Source: Lama glama (lineage: Eukaryota). From it: DNA of 64,000 nucleotides. The stretch is taken from NCBI GenBank assembly GCA_028534125.1, contig CM052832.1:9922001-9986000 (forward strand). Direction: 5' to 3'. This document shows, piece by piece, positions 10,901 through 22,085 of the stretch; position 1 is the first letter of the stretch, and every line of letters starts with the position of its first letter. A program made the position numbers and the translations under genes. The notes under the pieces are model-generated. The model had not been told where the DNA came from, made no database searches, and worked only from the letters and a program-made list of their open reading frames with translations.

Positions 10901-13049
10901 CTCCCCTGCTCGCCTCTCCCCTCCCCTTTTCCCCGGCCCACCCTCTCCCCGCCCCCTCCTCGCCTTTCCAAGCGCCCCCTTACCACGTCCCTTCCCCCTC
11001 GCCGGGCTAGGCGCAGCCTGGGCCGGACACGTCTGTCTGCGGGGCGCCGCTGCCGAAGCCCCGACAGGAAGCCGGCTCCGAGCTTTTCCTCAGCGTTCTC
11101 AGAGCTGGGCCCCAGTATCCCCAAATCTCCGCCCCCCTCCCAGGCTCAGAGCCCCGGGGGGGCTGCAGAGGGGGCCGCGCGTTTCCCTTCGCCGGTCCCA
11201 CACGCTACAAAAGTTTTCGTAAAAGCAAGAGAACGCGAGAGGGAAAGCACGGTGACCACAACCACCTCGAGCCAATTGCCTGGGTACTTGTGCCCCCAAA
11301 TCTCGTTGTCCCAAAGATGGGAGTGATCACGTTTCTCAGGCACCGTCTGCCCACCCCCTCGGTCTTCGCCTGGGGTCCTACGCTCTGGCACGGACCTGGC
11401 GCCAGAAGTTGTCTCTTCGGGAAATCCGGTTAGTGACTATCTAGCCTCCCGCGTCCTAGAGCAGCCCTGAGCATCCCTAATGCCCCAAGCCCTACTAGCT
11501 GTGCGTGGGAATTTGGGTCAGAAACCTAACTTTGCAGGCAAAGAGAGGTTCTCTAGTTCAGCCCTTCTTTTGGCTCCAGACTGGAATCCTAGGCCTTCCA
11601 GCTTGCGGGTGCGCCGGAAAGGGGAGAGAGGGAGCCCCTCCAGGCGGGGGCAGCTGGGCGACACATTTGGAATTGTGAGCTGGATCCCTTCTCAGGGCCG
11701 GGGGTAGGAAGGAGCCACGCATTGGGAACGGGGGGAATTCAACGACCCTCAGCGTCGCCCAGGGACCAGGTCCTGGAGGACAGGGGAGGGCTTGGAGCCT
11801 TTGGCCCGCTGTGTCGGGGTGGGCGGGCCCGTGCGATGATCCTCAGGTGGGACTGCCCGCTGGGGTGACAGCCTGTCGGCTACGCTTGACCAAGGACGCC
11901 TCGGAGCCGAGTCTGGGCTCCCCACCACGAAGGCCCGTGAGCAATTAGAGAGGCGGAGGCGCCAGGCCAGTTCTCCCGGTTCCGCCTTCCAGCCCGGGCT
12001 TGAAGCCGGGGCTGGGATGCCGGGGCCGAGCTAGGGACTCGAGGCCTCTCCTTAATGTCCCCCAGGCCCCGCAGTCACTACTCACAGCACTCGTAGGTCC
12101 TCGCGGCGCCGTCGTGGCCAGGACCGCCGTGGCCCCAAGGCTCTCGTCACCCAAGGTCGAGTCCCCTCGAGGAGCCCACGTGGCTGCTGGCGGAAGAGGG
12201 GGCCCTGGGCTGGGAGGTGGGAGTCCCGCTCCCGGGGCCGGGCTGCCTGCTGCGGGGCCTGGCCTGGCGTCCCGGGAGCCAGCCCGAATCAGGCTGCTTT
12301 CTGGAAGCTCCGGGGAGCGGGGCGGTCTCCCCCTTCCCAGTAAGGGCTGAGTCACTGGGACGCACCCGCCGGGCTTGGCGAGGGCAACATTCTCACCGGC
12401 TTACCTGGGCCTGCAGGCTTGGCCTCATCTGCGTCCAAGGGTGGAAGTGGGAGGACGTAAAGGGGGATGGACATTATCTCCAGGGCAGCCCCACGGTCTC
12501 TTTCTGTCTTCTCCTTCAAGTGGGGCCTCCTCCCCAACCACAGATCCTAGCACCGCACCACTACCCACCCTGCTTCTCAGTCTCTATCCAGGGCCTCTAA
12601 ACTCTGGATCAGCTCAGTCTTCTAGCCTTACAGTTCCAAGTCGCTTGCTTGGGATTAAAAATTCTCTGAATCTGGCCCAGTACTAACTAATATATCTGTT
12701 GGAAATGTAAAATATGCTTTAAATTTAATCCCAGATGCTGGTTATACAGGTGTGCTCAGTTTGTGAAAATTCAGCAAGCTGATCATTTAAAGTACAAGCA
12801 CTTTTTTAATGACTGACTATTACACTTGAATTAAAAGTTAAAAGAAAATCAACACATTAAATTAACATTCCAGGACAGAGCACAGTAACAGTGTGATGGC
12901 CAGGTAGTGGGCCTTGGCATGGGACTCCAGTTCAGATCCCAGCTGCACCATCCACATGTTTCCTTCGGGAAGTCCCTTTACCTCTTTGAGCCCCCAGAAG
13001 AGATGATCACTGGGGCCCTCAACGTGGAACCTAATAGTTTCACTGTTAT

Positions 13050-13445
13050 CCAGGACCAGGACTAGTGAGGTAACACTTACCTCACTAATACCAAATTGAG
13101 GAAGGTGCCAAGAAAAAACATTTTAGTTCAATATTAAAAAATAAAAAATAAAAATAAACCAAATCAGCAAATTACAGCCCTGCCAGCCAGCTACCTATTT
13201 GTATAAATAAAGTTTTATTGGAACCAGGGCAGGATTAGGGTGAATCGAGTGAGATAGGATCATACAAGTTCAGGGTTAGGGCCTGTCTTTATTTAAAATT
13301 TTGGCATTTTGTTCATTATGGATTTTTTGCATTAATTTTAATTTTTAGATATATTGCAAGAAAATATGGTTTATCTTAGTTACCGAGTTTTCTGATGCTC
13401 CCTAAAGTTTTGCATCTGAGCCAAGTGCCTCACTCACTCTAGGCC
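13050..13445. mobile_element. MER96B-like MITE pieces around a MER58-like fragment (about 13165-13224)
   Basis: ccaggactagtgagg... at the left end and ...gtgcctcactcactctaggcct at the right end; internal tttgtataaataaagttttattggaac is typical of MER58. Confidence 0.6.
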
Positions 13446-13624
13446 TTACACACCTCACCCTGTTCCTGGCCTGTTTCTGTCTCCTGAAAGACCCGGCTAG
13501 GACCCCAGAGTAAATGAGTGGAGGATGAAGATGCTTCCCCCACCCTACCAAACACAACACCAAGTGGGCTCTGCATTCAAGCCCAGGCCTAGCTTTCCTG
13601 GGGCCCACAGATCAGTTCAGAGAC

Positions 13625-14060
13625 AAAAGCAAAGTCCTTGCAATGGCCTTCACCCTCCATTACCTGGGCTCTACTGGCCTTCACCTTAATCTCCCCTCAC
13701 TCCTTTCCTTCCAGCCTTGCTGCTTCCTCAGTTTGTTTTTTCAGCTTGCCTTGTGTGCTTGCCTCAGGGCCTTTGCACTTGCTACTCCCTCTGCCCAGAA
13801 TGTGCTTCCCCTAGATAGTCACGTGGCCCCCTTCCTCGTTTCCTCTGCTTATTCCACCTTCTCAGAGAGGCCATCCCAGACCCTCACTCTCTGTCTCCTC
13901 CCACCACTTTTATTCCTCATAAATCTTTTTGCCACTTTTCCTGTTATATATTTGCTTGTTGATCAGTAGAATGAAAGCTCCAGGAGAGAGGGGACTTCGC
14001 TTTGTCTGCTAGTGTGTTTCCTAGAACTGGGTCTGACACAGAAAGCTCAGTCAATATTTC
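13625..14060 (+). mobile_element. L2 LINE 3' fragment
   Basis: ctcagggcctttgcacttgct...tagaatgaaagctccaggag...ctcagtcaatattt. Confidence 0.8.
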
Positions 14061-14819
14061 CATTTTCACAAATGGGAAAACAAGAGGCCAGAGAGGGGAA
14101 GGGGCTAGTGCAAGTCACATAGTGAGTTAGTGGCAAAAGCTTACTAAATCCCAGATTTTCAGACTCTCAGTTCAGTGCTCTTTCCTGCCTCCTGGGGCTT
14201 ATCCTCACCACCCCCTCCATCACTCCCACAGCCCTCCAGACACCTAAGGGTGACAGTGACCCTGCGCAGCTCTCCCATCCAGTCCCTGCCGCACAATGCA
14301 ATTACAGGCCCTGGCTGGGCTCCAGCCCTTGGTGTGCACCCCTCCCCAGTGTCCAGCAGGCATGCACAGCTCTTCCCAGCTTCCTGTCTGTGGCACAGGG
14401 CCAGTCGGTGGCTGGGCTGAGTTCCGCATCTGGACCACAGCTGCAGTCTCCATGCCCTGGAGAATGGAAGATGGGACACTGTGGCGCAACCTCTCTGCAG
14501 AGGGCTGTGTAGATGGGGGTGTGTTTGTGTGTAGTGGGGGGAAGGCTGCAGACAGGAACGGAACGGAACACCCTGAGAGGAACTCCCTCCCTGATGAGCA
14601 GAGTAGGGGGAATGGGGCTCTGATCCTCCCTTCCTGAAGGAAATGGCATGTAATGGTGGGAGGGGAGCTCTGGGCCCCACGCCTGATTCTAGTCCTCTTT
14701 TCTATTCTTGGTGATGGTGAGGAAAGTGGTGTTACATTCAGTACGCATGAGTTGGGTGTGTTCTATCTGCCAGCCCCTTGCTAGATATTTCTAGATTTGT
14801 TGATTCCGTGAATACCCAC

Positions 14820-15570
14820 ACAATCCAGGTAGCTATTATCCCCATTTTACAGATGAGGAAACTGAGGCACAGTGAGGCAAAGTGACTTGCCCATGGCCAC
14901 ACAACTAGCAGCTCATGGAGCGGGGACTTGTACTGCATTTTCTGAAGCCCAGGGCCATGCTCATTCCAATTCCTGACTCGGCCTTTAGCACCGAGAGAGA
15001 GAACTGTGGTCTTCTTCTGAACGTGTCCCTCACCTCCAAGCTGGCTGCCGGAGATGGAGACGTGGTCCTTGGCGCCCCTCTGTCTCGCTGGTAATTAACA
15101 TCGTAGAAAGAGTGGGGCTTGGTTTGGTGTCCTGGAGACCCAATTTGCATCCTGGCTCAGTCACTGCTACCTAGCTCTGCGATTTGGGGCGAGTCATTTG
15201 AACTCTCTGAGCTTCCAGTTCTGTTGTGTAAATCCAGGGGAATAGTTCTCACCTCACAACTAGGGAGAAATTAAGTGAGCACTTGGTACAACATCGTAGG
15301 CTCTCGGTCAATGTTAACTCTCTTGCCCAGCACTGCCCTCCCCAACCCTCACCCAGCAGCAAGCGAGGAGAGCGTCACAAGGCATGTCTGTAGTCTCAAA
15401 CCCTTACCTGGTGCTCATTATGTGACAGGCACAATTCACAGCACTTGACAACCAGTTTAGTAGACACAACATTAAGTATCAATTAATATTAAATATCAGT
15501 ATATCCCCCATTTCACAGATGAGGAAACGGAAGCACAGAGAGGTTAAGCAACTTGCTTAAGCCCCACAGC
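14820..15570. mobile_element. Cluster of three MIR fragments (-,+,-)
   Basis: cccattttacagatgaggaaactgaggcacag cores near 14840 and 15505; a plus-oriented copy near 15120-15320. Confidence 0.75.
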
Positions 15571-15804
15571 CTTCCCTTCAGCACCATCTTCCCTGGGAGG
15601 AGGGAGGAGGCTCAGGTCAGCCCTGATCCTCCACTCTTGTGTAGCTCCTCTTCTCCTCGTGGTAAGTTAATTAACTCTGAGCTGTTAATCATGTATAAAT
15701 GCCCTCATGCACTGGCCTCCAGGCTTTTTTAAAAAAGTAATTCAACTTATAACAATTATAAGTAAACCTGTTAACATTTTCTGGACAGTGTCAACATTTG
15801 TACT

Positions 15805-17460
15805 TTTTTTAAAAAGGAGACAATTTTTTAGAGCAGATTTAGGTTTACAGCAAAACTGAGTGGAAAGTGTAGAGAGTTCCCACACACCACTGCCCCCACC
15901 CCCTGCACAGCCTCCACTATCTGTAGACCCGCCAGAGTGGTGCGTTTGTTACAATGGATGGATCTACATTTGTCACATCATTATCATTGAAAGCCCATAG
16001 TTAACATTAGGGTTCATTCTTGGTATTGCACATTCGGTGGGTTTTGACAAACATCTAATGACATGTATCTACCACTATAGTATCATGTGGAGTATTTTCA
16101 CTGCCCTAAAAATCCTCTGTGCTCCACCAATTCATCCTTCCCTCCCCTCAGCCCTGACAACCCCTGATCCTTCTTACTGTCTCCAGAGTTTTACCTTTTC
16201 CAGAATGTCGTATAGCTGGAATCATACGGTATGTAACCTTTTCAGATTGGCTTCTTTCACTTAATAATATATACTTCATGTTCCTCCAGGTCTTTTCATG
16301 GCTTGATAGCCCTTTTCTTTTTACCACTGAATGATGTTCCATCGTCTGAATGTACCAGAGTTTATTTATCCAGTTTTTTTTTTTTTAAATTGAAGGACAT
16401 CTTGTTTGTGTCCAAGTTTTGGCAGTTATGAATAAACTACTGTAAACATTTGTGTACAGGTTTTTGTGTGGATATAAGTTTTCAGCTCATTTGGATAAAT
16501 ACCTAGGAGTGTGATTTTTGGAGCACATGGAAGGGTATGTTTAATTTTCTGAGAAACCTCCAAACTTTCTTCTGAAGAGGCTGTGCCATTATGCATTTCC
16601 ACCAGCAGTGGTTGAGGGTTCCCATTGCTCCCCATCCTTACCAGCGTTTGATGTTGTCAGTGTTTTGGATTCTTGCCATTCTGATAGGTGTGTGGTGGTA
16701 TCTCATCTCAGCTTTAATTTGCATCTCCCTAATGACATGAAGCTGAGCATCTTTTCATATGCTTGTCTGCATCTGTCTGTCATCTTCAGTGAGGTGGCTC
16801 TTCAGGTCTTTTGCCTGTTTTTGAATCTGGTGGTTTATTTTCTTATTGTTGAATTTTAAGAGTTTTTGTATATTTTGGATTACAGTCCTTTATCAGATAT
16901 GTCTTTTGCAAATATTTTCTCCCAGTTTGTGGCTTGTCTGCTCATTCTCTTGAAAGTGTCTTTTGCAGGGCAGAAGTTTTTAATTTTACATCCAGCTTAT
17001 CAATTATTTCTTTCATGGATCATTCCTTTGGTATTGTATCTAAAAATGATTGCCAAACCCCAGGTCAGCTAGTTTTCTTCTCTGTTATCTTCCAGGGGGT
17101 TGGTAGTTCTGTGTTTACAGGCCTATGATCCATTTTGGTTAGTTTTTGTGAAAACTGTCTAGATTTTTTTTTTTGCATGTGGATGTCCAGTTGTTCCAGC
17201 ATCATTTGTTGAAAAGAGTGTCTTTGCTCCATTGTGATGCCTTTGTTCCTTCATCGAAGATGAGTGGATTGTATTTATGTGAGTATTTCTGGGCTCTCTA
17301 TTCCATTCCACTCATCTGTTCGTCTGTTCTTTTGCCAACACCACACTGTCTTGATTACTGCCGATTTATAGTAAGTCTTAATGTTGGATAGGGTCAGTTC
17401 TCTGACTTTGTTTTTCTTCAGTAATATGTTGGTTATTCTGGGTCTTTTGCCCCTCTATTT
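15805..17460 (-). mobile_element. Old L1 (L1MC/MD-like): 3' UTR and ORF2 C-terminal part
   Basis: Antisense L1 hallmarks; minus-strand translation fragments such as ITLLGIYPNELKTYIHTKTCTQMF. Confidence 0.9.
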
Positions 17461-18480
17461 TTTAACAGCTTTATAAAGACATAATTCATATGTGATATAA
17501 TTTACCCATTTAAGGTGCATAATTTAATGGTTTTTGCTATATTACATTTTTCATTGTTTTAAATTGTGGTAAAATCTTTATAACATAAAATTTTCCATTT
17601 TAACGATTTTAAGCATACAATTCAGTGGCATTAATTACTTTCAAAATATTGTGCAACCATCATCACTATCTATTTCCAACACTATTTCATAACTCCAAAT
17701 GAATTTTACAACTATTAAGCAGTAACTCTAGTTTCTTACGGCAGCCGTGACGAAGTACGAAAAACTAGGTGGCTTAAAACAAGAGCAATTTATTGTGTCA
17801 CAGTTCTGGAACCTAGGAGTCTGAAATCAAGGTGTCATCAGAGCCATGCTCTCTCTGACAGCTCTCAGGGAGAATCCTTGCTGGCAATCCTTGGTGTTCC
17901 TTGGCCTGTAGATCCATCACTCCAGTCACACGGCTGTCTTCTCGCTGTTTCTTCACATCACTGTCCCTCTGTGTCTGCCTATCTCTGTGTCCAAAGGACA
18001 CCAGTCATGTTGGATTAGGACCACTTCTAAAATGACCTTATCTTAATCTGGTTAAATTTGTAAAAGACTCTATTCCCAAATAACATCACATTCTGAGGTA
18101 CTGGGGTTTAGGACTTCAGTGTATCTTTTTGGGGGGACACAATTCAATCCGTAATACTCCCCATTCCTCCCCCCAGCCCCTTGCAACCTGTAGTCTACTT
18201 TCTGTCTCTATGACTTTGCTTATTCTAGATATTTCATATAAGTGCTATAGAATATTTGTCCTTTTGTTTATTTTACTTAGTACAGTGTTTTCAGGTTTCA
18301 TCCATGTTGCAGTGTGTATCAGAACTTCATTCCTCTTTATGGTTGAATAATATTCTATTGTATGGATATGTCACATTTTTTAACCCATTCATGTGTTGAT
18401 GGACTTTTGGGTTGTTTTCATCTTTTGGCTGCTATGAATAATCCTACACTGAACATTGGTGTACAAGTATCTGTTCAAGC
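17461..18480 (-). mobile_element. L1M 3'-end fragment interrupted by an MLT1 LTR
   Basis: aattcagtggcattaattac...ttgtgcaaccatcatcactatc...ttaagcagtaactc resumes as ctccccattcctccccccagcccc...tctactttctgtctctatg. Confidence 0.8.
17729..18156 (-). mobile_element. MLT1B/C-like MaLR solo LTR
   Basis: ggtggcttaaaacaa...cacagttctgga...gtctgaaatcaaggtgtc ... ttttggggggacacaattcaatcc. Confidence 0.85.
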
Positions 18481-19045
18481 TCTGCTTCCTCCGAAGTATT
18501 TTGCCTCTGTCACTTTAAAAAAAATGCACATGAATCCCCATATGTGCCATTTACTTATGAATTATATATCTGGGCTATTATGTTGCTATATACGTACATA
18601 ATAAATATGCTTCAAAGTGAAAACATGAAACAGAGTAAATATGAACAAATCCAACATAAACAGAGGTAAATAGAAATGAGTATTTCTTCTTAAATCCCAC
18701 TTTGGAGACCATGATGTACTGCTCTTCCTGAAGGGATAGATGTGATTGACAGATGGCCTTGCCTTAGCCTACCGGTTGCAGCTTTTTCTGGATTCCATAT
18801 TTCTTTGACAAGTTAGTGAAAGCTGTGGGCACTCTCAAAAAACTTTCCTCAAATAAGCATGGTGTTTCCAATACAAGTTTGGAAGATTCCTAGACTCCCA
18901 GAAAGCCTCATTTAAGATTATTTGCCTTAATCTGAAGGACTGCTTCAGAGGTAGAATTTCAGGCATCTGCACAGAGGACATTTGGAGGTGGGAAGAGAGA
19001 ATTTTGTTCACTTCTGTGGCCCTGTTTCCAAGTCTATGGGTTTTT

Positions 19046-19209
19046 TAAAATTAATTAATTAATTTTAAAAATTTGGGGGGGGGTGTAGTTAGGTTTGTTT
19101 ATTTGTTTGTTTGTTTATTTTTTTAACAGAGGTACTGGGGCTTGAACCCAGGACCTCCCTTGTGCATGCTAAGCACACACTCTACCACTGAGCTGTACGC
19201 TCCCCCCAC
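19046..19209 (-). mobile_element. tRNA-derived camelid-type SINE (Vic-1-like)
   Basis: Minus strand A box (CAGCTCAGTGG) and B box (GGTTCAAGCCC), A-rich tail; imperfect target-site duplication CCAAGTC(T)RTGGGTTTTT at 19028-19045 and 19210-19226. Confidence 0.85.
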
Positions 19210-20225
19210 CCAAGTCGTGGGTTTTTGAGGACAATCTGACATTGTTGAAGATAAACAAAGCAAAATGGATGGAGGGTGGAATTGCATCGGATATTCAAAA
19301 AGTGCTTCTGAATAGCTAAGAGCATAAAACAGAACTCACCTGTTCCTCCCAGTCACAGACCCTAACTGGAGCTTGGGAAAGGTAGTTTGTAGGCTTCCTG
19401 CTGAACACAGGAGGGAGGGAACAAAGCTGAGAGCCAACAGACTCACCGCCCACCCCCCTCCGAAATAGATCCATGTGGACCACTGCATCTTCTGTCTCCC
19501 CTCACCTGAGTACGACCTCCTTGAGGACAGAGTGCTGTTTGTCCGCCACACTTTCTCCAGCACCTGGAACCGGCCGCCTGCCTGAGTCAGTGCTCAGTTA
19601 GACTCTTCTCCCTGACCAGGCTATCCTCCCACAGACAGAGAAAGTGAGTGTTCTCCACTCTCAACATACAAAGTAACCAAGGTCCAGAGAGTCATGACTT
19701 GCCCAAAGAGACCCAGCTGCCAAGACATGCCCATCTGGCAAGTCCCAGGAAGGCTGTGGGCCAGGACAGGGCTGAGTCGGCGGCTGCCAGCACCCCGCTC
19801 CCCGCTGCGCCTCCCCGTCTGGCTGCCCCGAGCAAGCCATGAGCCTCGCTGTGGATGTCACTTTCTTGTCTGCATGTGCTGCTGGAGCTGACGCCAAGAA
19901 GGGCTGACTCAAGCCGTGACCTCCTCAGGGCCGGTAACTTCCTCCTGCCCCAGGAAATAGGGCATCCTGGCGTCCCTGCCAACAGGATCATGCTAGAGGT
20001 CAGGTAGTCTGGTCAATTGAGGCAGGCGGGCGGGAAGAGCCCTGAGCAGGACCCTGCGAGGGCCCCTCCCTTCTCTGTTCCCCAGGGTCGAGAGCTCCAC
20101 CGCAGAGTCTCTGCTATACTTATGGTGACCATATTTCCCAAACCAAAAATTGGTACCCATGGTTAGACACATATGACTGTCCTTATGAGGAAAATGGGAG
20201 AGAGTGTTAGAAACAGGGTCTATCT

Positions 20226-20450
20226 CAGGGTTTCTCACTCTTGACGCTCTTGATATTTGGGGGCCGGGTAACTCTTGTTATGGGACTGTCCTGGGCATTG
20301 TGGGAAGTTTAGCAACATCCCTGGCTTCTACCTACTAGATGCCAAGTTGTGACAACTGACAGTCTCCAGACATGGCCAAATGTCCTGGGGAGAAGGGGGT
20401 AGGGAGGAGGGTGGTGGTGGTAGCAGAAGCACTCCAGTTGAAAAGCACTG
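20226..20450. mobile_element. MER20 hAT-Charlie element
   Basis: Termini caggg...cactg; internal tttagcaacatccctggcttctacctactagatgcca and gtctccagacatggccaaatgtcc; 8-bp TSD GTCTATCT/GCCTATCC. Confidence 0.85.
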
Positions 20451-20834
20451 GCCTATCCCCAAAACTCAGGGTGTATCTCCACACTGGACGTGCGCAGTGA
20501 GGCCAGGAAATGGTGCCCAGTCTGGCAGTAATATATTTCCTGTCCCTGAAGGACAGAGGTAAAATCCCGGCCCTAGTCTGAAGGAAGACACAGATTCTGA
20601 CCTTGGGAAACTTCCGGGTTAATGGCGGAGATTGGACAGCCCCTAGAGAAGCAGGAAAACACGGTTGTTAACAGTGTGGACTTTGGAGCTAGAATCCAGG
20701 ACTCAAATCCTGGCTCCACCATTTACAGGGCAGGTTACCTCTTTGTGCCTCAGTTTCCTTCTCTGTAAGATGGGGATAATGATGGCACTGGTCTTGTAGG
20801 GTTCTGTTACATTATTTATGTATTATTTATTTGT

Positions 20835-21440
20835 TTCTCTGATTGACTTTATTTTTTAGAAAAGTTTTAGATTTACAGAAAAATTGAGATGCCAGTACAG
20901 AGTTCCTGAGTATCTCACAGCCAGTTTTCTCTGCAATTAACATTTGTTATAATTAATGAACCAATATTGATACATTATTATTAACTGAAGTTCATAGTTT
21001 ATTCAGATTTCCTTAGTTTTCCCTTAAGGTCCTTTTCTGTTCCAGGATCCCATCCAGGACATCTCATTACATTTAGTTGTCATGGCTCCTGAGGCTCCTT
21101 TTGGCTGTGACAGTTTCTCGACTTTACTTGTTTTTGATGAACTTGACAGTTTTGAGGAGTACTAGTCAGGTATATTGTAGGACGCCCTTTATTGGAATTT
21201 GATTTTTTTCTCATGGTTGGACTGGGATTATGGATTTGCAGGGGGGAGGTCCCAGGGGGAAAGTGTTCTCATCTCATATCATCCTATCGACGTGACTTGT
21301 GACGGCGGATGTGGACCTGCATCACTTGGCTGAGGTGGTGTTTGTCAGGTTTCTCTCCTGTGAAGTTATCGCCCTCTTTCCTGACTGTGCTCTTGGGAAG
21401 GAAGTGACTGTGTACAGTCCACACCTAAGGAGTGGGGAGC
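20835..21440 (-). mobile_element. L1MC4-like 3'-end fragment
   Basis: gactttattttttagaaaagttttagatttacagaaaaattgag...ttccaggatcccatccaggac...aggagtggggag. Confidence 0.8.
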
Positions 21441-21614
21441 CTCCTAAGGAATTTGTGAAGTTCAGAAATGCATACTCCTTAGAAAAGTCCCTGGCAGATG
21501 GTCACCCTTCCTAGTGATTTGCTGTTATGATGACGATGGGGAGACCCTCTGAAGAGGAAACTGGACAGTCCCCACAGAGAAAACACATTCAAGACAACTT
21601 GTAAAAGAATAGAC

Positions 21615-22085
21615 TGTGTCAGGCAGAATAATGACTACCTCCCTCCAAAGATGTCCCAGGAATTTATGAATACGTTGCCTTACGTAGCAGAAGGGACTTT
21701 GCAGTTGTGATAAAGAGTATGGGTCTCGAGATGGGATGATTATTGTGAATTATCCAGGTGGGCCAATCTGATCACATAAATCCTTAAAAGTGGAGCAACT
21801 TTCCCTGCTGAAGGTACAGAGGGAAGATACTCAACATCAGTGGCTTTAAACACTGACGGCTGAGGGTCGGAGGGGTGGCAGCATGACCGACCGTTGCCAG
21901 CTTTGAAGACTGAGGGAGGGGCGCCGGGCCCCAGGGAGGCGCCCAGCCCTGCCAACGCCTTGAGTTTAGCCCCACAGACCCACGTTGGACCTCCCATCTA
22001 CAGAACCGTAAGGTAATACATTTGCAGTGTTTAAAGCCGCTGACGTGGTGGTAACTGGTTAAGGCAGTGATAGGAAAGTAACACA
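21615..22085 (+). mobile_element. MLT1D-like MaLR solo LTR
   Basis: TG...CA termini; ggcagaataatg...ccaaagatgtcc, gggactttgcag, attatccaggtgggcc. Confidence 0.8.

Larger units (their letters stand above)
10220..12450. promoter_or_regulatory. CpG island / MDFI promoter
   Basis: Very high GC and CpG density relative to the flanks; GC boxes; spans exons 1-2. Confidence 0.9.

Noticed and set aside
10314..11326. 302-aa and 193-aa Pro/Arg/Ser-rich antisense ORFs over the CpG island
   Set aside because: Low-complexity products of stop-codon depletion in a CpG island.
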